This document shows, one piece after another, positions 61,551 to 64,000 of a stretch of DNA of 64,000 bases (its first letter is position 1; each line of letters begins with the position of its first letter). The DNA comes from an uncultured Gammaproteobacteria bacterium (GTDB lineage: Bacteria > Pseudomonadota > Gammaproteobacteria > Steroidobacterales > GCA-2729495), in NCBI GenBank assembly GCA_963717355.1, contig OY970328.1, positions 2,165,275-2,229,274 on the forward strand, given 5' to 3'. A program made the position numbers and the translations under genes. Below the pieces are notes generated by a model. The model was not told the origin of the DNA and searched no databases. It saw nothing but the letters and a program-made list of their open reading frames with translations.

Positions 61551-63815
61551 ATGCCACTGCGACAACATTCGCGCCGGCTCGCACTGCACCTGGCAATCAC
61601 CATCGCCGTTGCCGTCTCGGGGACGGCGCTTGCCCAACAGCCGCCCGATGCACCGGCGCCACGGCCGCGCATCGGCCTGGTGCTCGGCGGCGGCGGCGCG
61701 AAAGGCGCCGCGCACATCGGCGTGCTGCGCGAGCTCGAGGACCTGCGCATACCGGTGGACTGCGTCGCCGGCACGAGCATGGGCGCGCTCGTTGGCGCGA
61801 CCTTCGCGGCCGGCGTGCCGCCCGAGGAAATCGAGGCCGCGGTCCTCGCCGTCAACTGGTCCGCCACCGTGGGCAGCCAGGGGCTGCGCGACCGGACGCC
61901 GATTGACCAGAAACTGCAGGGCGTCACCTATACCAACAACCTCGATCTCGGCCTGAAGGGTGGCCAGATCAAGACACCGGGCGGCTTGCTCAAGACACAG
62001 GACATCGAAGCTCTGCTGCGGACCCTGGTGGCGGGCGCGCGCTACGTCGACGATTTCGACAAGCTGCCCATTCCCTTCCGCGCCGTCGCAACCGACATGA
62101 TGGCCGGCGAAATGGTCGTGCTGGGCGAGGGCGACCTCACGGTGGCGATGCGCGCCAGCATGGCCGTGCCGGGAGCGTTCTCGCCGGTGATCATGGGTAA
62201 CCGGGTGCTCGCCGACGGCGGCCAGATGCGCAACGTCCCCGTGGATATCGCGCGCAATCTCTGCGGCGACGTGATCATCGCCGTCTCGCTCGAGTCGCCG
62301 CCGCCGAAGGCCGAGGAACTGACCTCGGCACTGGCCCTGGTGGGCCGCTCGGTGGACGTCATGATCGACGCCAACACGAGGGCGCAGCTCGCCACCCTCA
62401 CGGACAGGGACGTCAGCATCGTCGTGCCCATGAGCGACATCGGCTCGGCTAGCTTCGATCGTGTGCCGGACGCCATCCCGCTCGGCCGCGCGGCGGCGCT
62501 GGCGCAGGCTGCCAGTCTCTCCCGCTATTCGGTGAGCCCGGAGGAGTACAGCGCCTGGCGGAAGTCGGTCGACCGCGGTTTCGAAAAGTCTTTCCGGGTG
62601 GCCGGCGTGCAGATCGCCGGCCTGCAACGCGTGAATCCCGAGTACGTGCGCGGCCAGATCAGGTCCACGGTGCCTGGCGGGGAAGTTACGCCGGCCGGCA
62701 TTGCCGCCGACACCAGCCGGATCTTTGCGCTCGGCGATTTCGAGAAAGTCGAATACGAAATCGTCGACAAGCCGACATACCCGACCGTGGAGTTCACCGC
62801 CATCGAGAAATCATGGGGCCCTGATTTCCTGCGCTTCGACCTCGGGCTGGCGGCATCGGGCGGCGGGGACTTCTCCTTCGCCGTGCGGGGGGAGCACGCG
62901 CGCACCTGGGTGAATTCGCTCGGTGGCACCTGGCACAGCGCGCTCCAGCTCGGCCAGACCGCGCTGGCCGAGACGGCCCTCTACCAGCCGCTCGATGTCC
63001 TCCATCGATTTTTCGTCGAGCCCATCGCCAAGATCAACCGCACCCGGGAAGACGTTTACGACGACGGCGAACGGGTGGCCGAGTACGAGTTCAGCGAAGG
63101 CTATGGCGAGCTCGATGTCGGCATGAACTTCGGCACCCGCGCCCAGCTGCGCGCAGGCATACGCCGCTCCGAAGCGCAGGCGAGCCGGCAGACGGGCGCC
63201 TCCGATCTGCCGGAGCTCGATTGGACCCGCGAATCGGACCTGCTCTTCAAGGCCATCTACGATACCCGGGACTCGGTGGCGCTGCCGACACGCGGAGCCA
63301 TGCTGCTGGGGCGCTACATCAGTTCCGGATCGTGGCTGGGCGGCGAGCAGTCCTACGCCGCGGTCGATGCCCTTGTCGCGAAGGCCTTCCCGTTCCGGGG
63401 CGACACCCTGTACTTGCTGGCGGCTGGCGGTGACGAGTTGAACGGCGAGCTGCCGCCCTACCGCCAGTTCCGCCTGGGAGGCATCCGCAGCTTCCCGGGC
63501 CTCGAGCGCGAGCAGTTGCGCGGCACCCGGTACTGGCTCGGCTCAGCGAGCTACAACTGGAAGGTGGCGGACATCCAGGCACTGTTCGGCCAGGCACTCT
63601 ACGGCGGACTGCGCCTGTCTGCGGGCCAGATGTACGACCGGGTGGACGGCGTGGATGACGGCGTCATGTACGGCGCTGCGGTCAGCGGCAGCGGCCGCAC
63701 GCCGATCGGGCCGGTGACCCTGTCGCTCGGCGGCACGAGCGACGGCTTCTGGCAGCTCCAGTTCGCGCTCGGCCGGCCGGTCGAGGAAGGCTCGATCATC
63801 GACGAGATCTACTAG
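61551..63815 (+). CDS. Patatin-like phospholipase fused to an Omp85-type beta-barrel (PlpD/type Vd secretion-like)
   Basis: Starts MPLRQHSRRLALHLAITIAVAVSGTALA. Patatin motifs GGGGAKGAAHIGV, GTSMG and DGG. The C-terminal ~350 aa have beta-barrel character ending in the FALGRP region. The 60861-61550 part of the listed ORF is spurious (antisense to the lipoprotein gene). Confidence 0.8.
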   Translation: MPLRQHSRRLALHLAITIAVAVSGTALAQQPPDAPAPRPRIGLVLGGGGAKGAAHIGVLRELEDLRIPVDCVAGTSMGALVGATFAAGVPPEEIEAAVLAVNWSATVGSQGLRDRTPIDQKLQGVTYTNNLDLGLKGGQIKTPGGLLKTQDIEALLRTLVAGARYVDDFDKLPIPFRAVATDMMAGEMVVLGEGDLTVAMRASMAVPGAFSPVIMGNRVLADGGQMRNVPVDIARNLCGDVIIAVSLESPPPKAEELTSALALVGRSVDVMIDANTRAQLATLTDRDVSIVVPMSDIGSASFDRVPDAIPLGRAAALAQAASLSRYSVSPEEYSAWRKSVDRGFEKSFRVAGVQIAGLQRVNPEYVRGQIRSTVPGGEVTPAGIAADTSRIFALGDFEKVEYEIVDKPTYPTVEFTAIEKSWGPDFLRFDLGLAASGGGDFSFAVRGEHARTWVNSLGGTWHSALQLGQTALAETALYQPLDVLHRFFVEPIAKINRTREDVYDDGERVAEYEFSEGYGELDVGMNFGTRAQLRAGIRRSEAQASRQTGASDLPELDWTRESDLLFKAIYDTRDSVALPTRGAMLLGRYISSGSWLGGEQSYAAVDALVAKAFPFRGDTLYLLAAGGDELNGELPPYRQFRLGGIRSFPGLEREQLRGTRYWLGSASYNWKVADIQALFGQALYGGLRLSAGQMYDRVDGVDDGVMYGAAVSGSGRTPIGPVTLSLGGTSDGFWQLQFALGRPVEEGSIIDEIY

Positions 63816-63833
63816 GCCGTGACATGCGCGCCG

Positions 63834-64000
63834 TCCGCGGCCTGTTGATCACACTGGTTATTCTCGCGCTGGCGGTGGCCGTCGGCGCAGGTGCGCTGCT
63901 GTCGCCGCCCGGGCAAGACTACCTTCGCAACCGGTTCGTGACCTGGGCCAGCCGGGAGCTTGGCCGCGAACTCGCCGTGGGGCAGCTCCGGATCGAGCCC
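63834..64000 (+). CDS. Start of an AsmA/TamB-like protein (partial; runs off the window)
   Basis: MRAVRGLLITLVILALAVAVGAGALLSPPGQDYLRNRFVTWASRELGRELAVGQLRIEP: an N-terminal TM anchor followed by an AsmA-like start. Only 55 codons are visible. Confidence 0.35.

Overview
High-GC proteobacterial chromosome segment. The gene content and the GTCAGAC-type hairpin repeats suggest a Xanthomonadales/Nevskiales-like gammaproteobacterium, but this is inference only.

Layout, left to right:
- A higBA module cut by the window edge.
- A periplasmic peptide-degradation neighbourhood: an operon of M1 aminopeptidase, a DUF2231-type membrane protein and an FGE-family protein, then three amidohydrolases.
- The histidine-utilisation cluster hutG-hutH-hutU-hutC-hutF / hutI, and a ChaN-PDZ gene.
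- A ~9 kb accessory locus (21.3-30.3 kb): two cohesin-like proteins with VPLPA/PEP-CTERM anchors, a dockerin plus thrombospondin-type-3 protein, a cadherin-like GlyGly-CTERM protein that shares a novel 8-cysteine domain with the dockerin protein, and a TonB-dependent receptor. The locus is bracketed by inverted copies of a ~225-280 bp repeat. I consider it the most interesting system in the window.
- A LiuR-controlled leucine-catabolism operon with MaoC-like and CitE-like genes where liuC and liuE are normally found, an S8 peptidase, and the Phe/Tyr operon phhA-hppD-hmgA-fah-maiA.
- A single-domain response regulator, a Pro/Tyr-rich lipoprotein, an MFS transporter, an internally deleted arylsulfatase remnant, and an octaheme cytochrome-HEAT/TPR fusion followed by a diheme cytochrome c.
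- A variable region at tRNA-Met: a wHTH-nucleotidyltransferase TA-like pair, then a ~6.2 kb composite island with an IS3 element, a Rep-like gene, a serine recombinase, excisionase-like genes and a tyrosine integrase.
- A DUF4344 metallopeptidase, a DUF3313 lipoprotein, a patatin-Omp85 (type Vd-like) protein, and the start of an AsmA/TamB-like gene.

Two window-wide observations:
- Frameshifts are extremely unevenly distributed. The hut, liu and hmg blocks are riddled with them and the rest of the window is nearly clean. This looks more like localised indel consensus error than old pseudogenes.
- Several families of intergenic hairpin or MITE-like repeats are present.

I found no CRISPR array and no rRNA gene.
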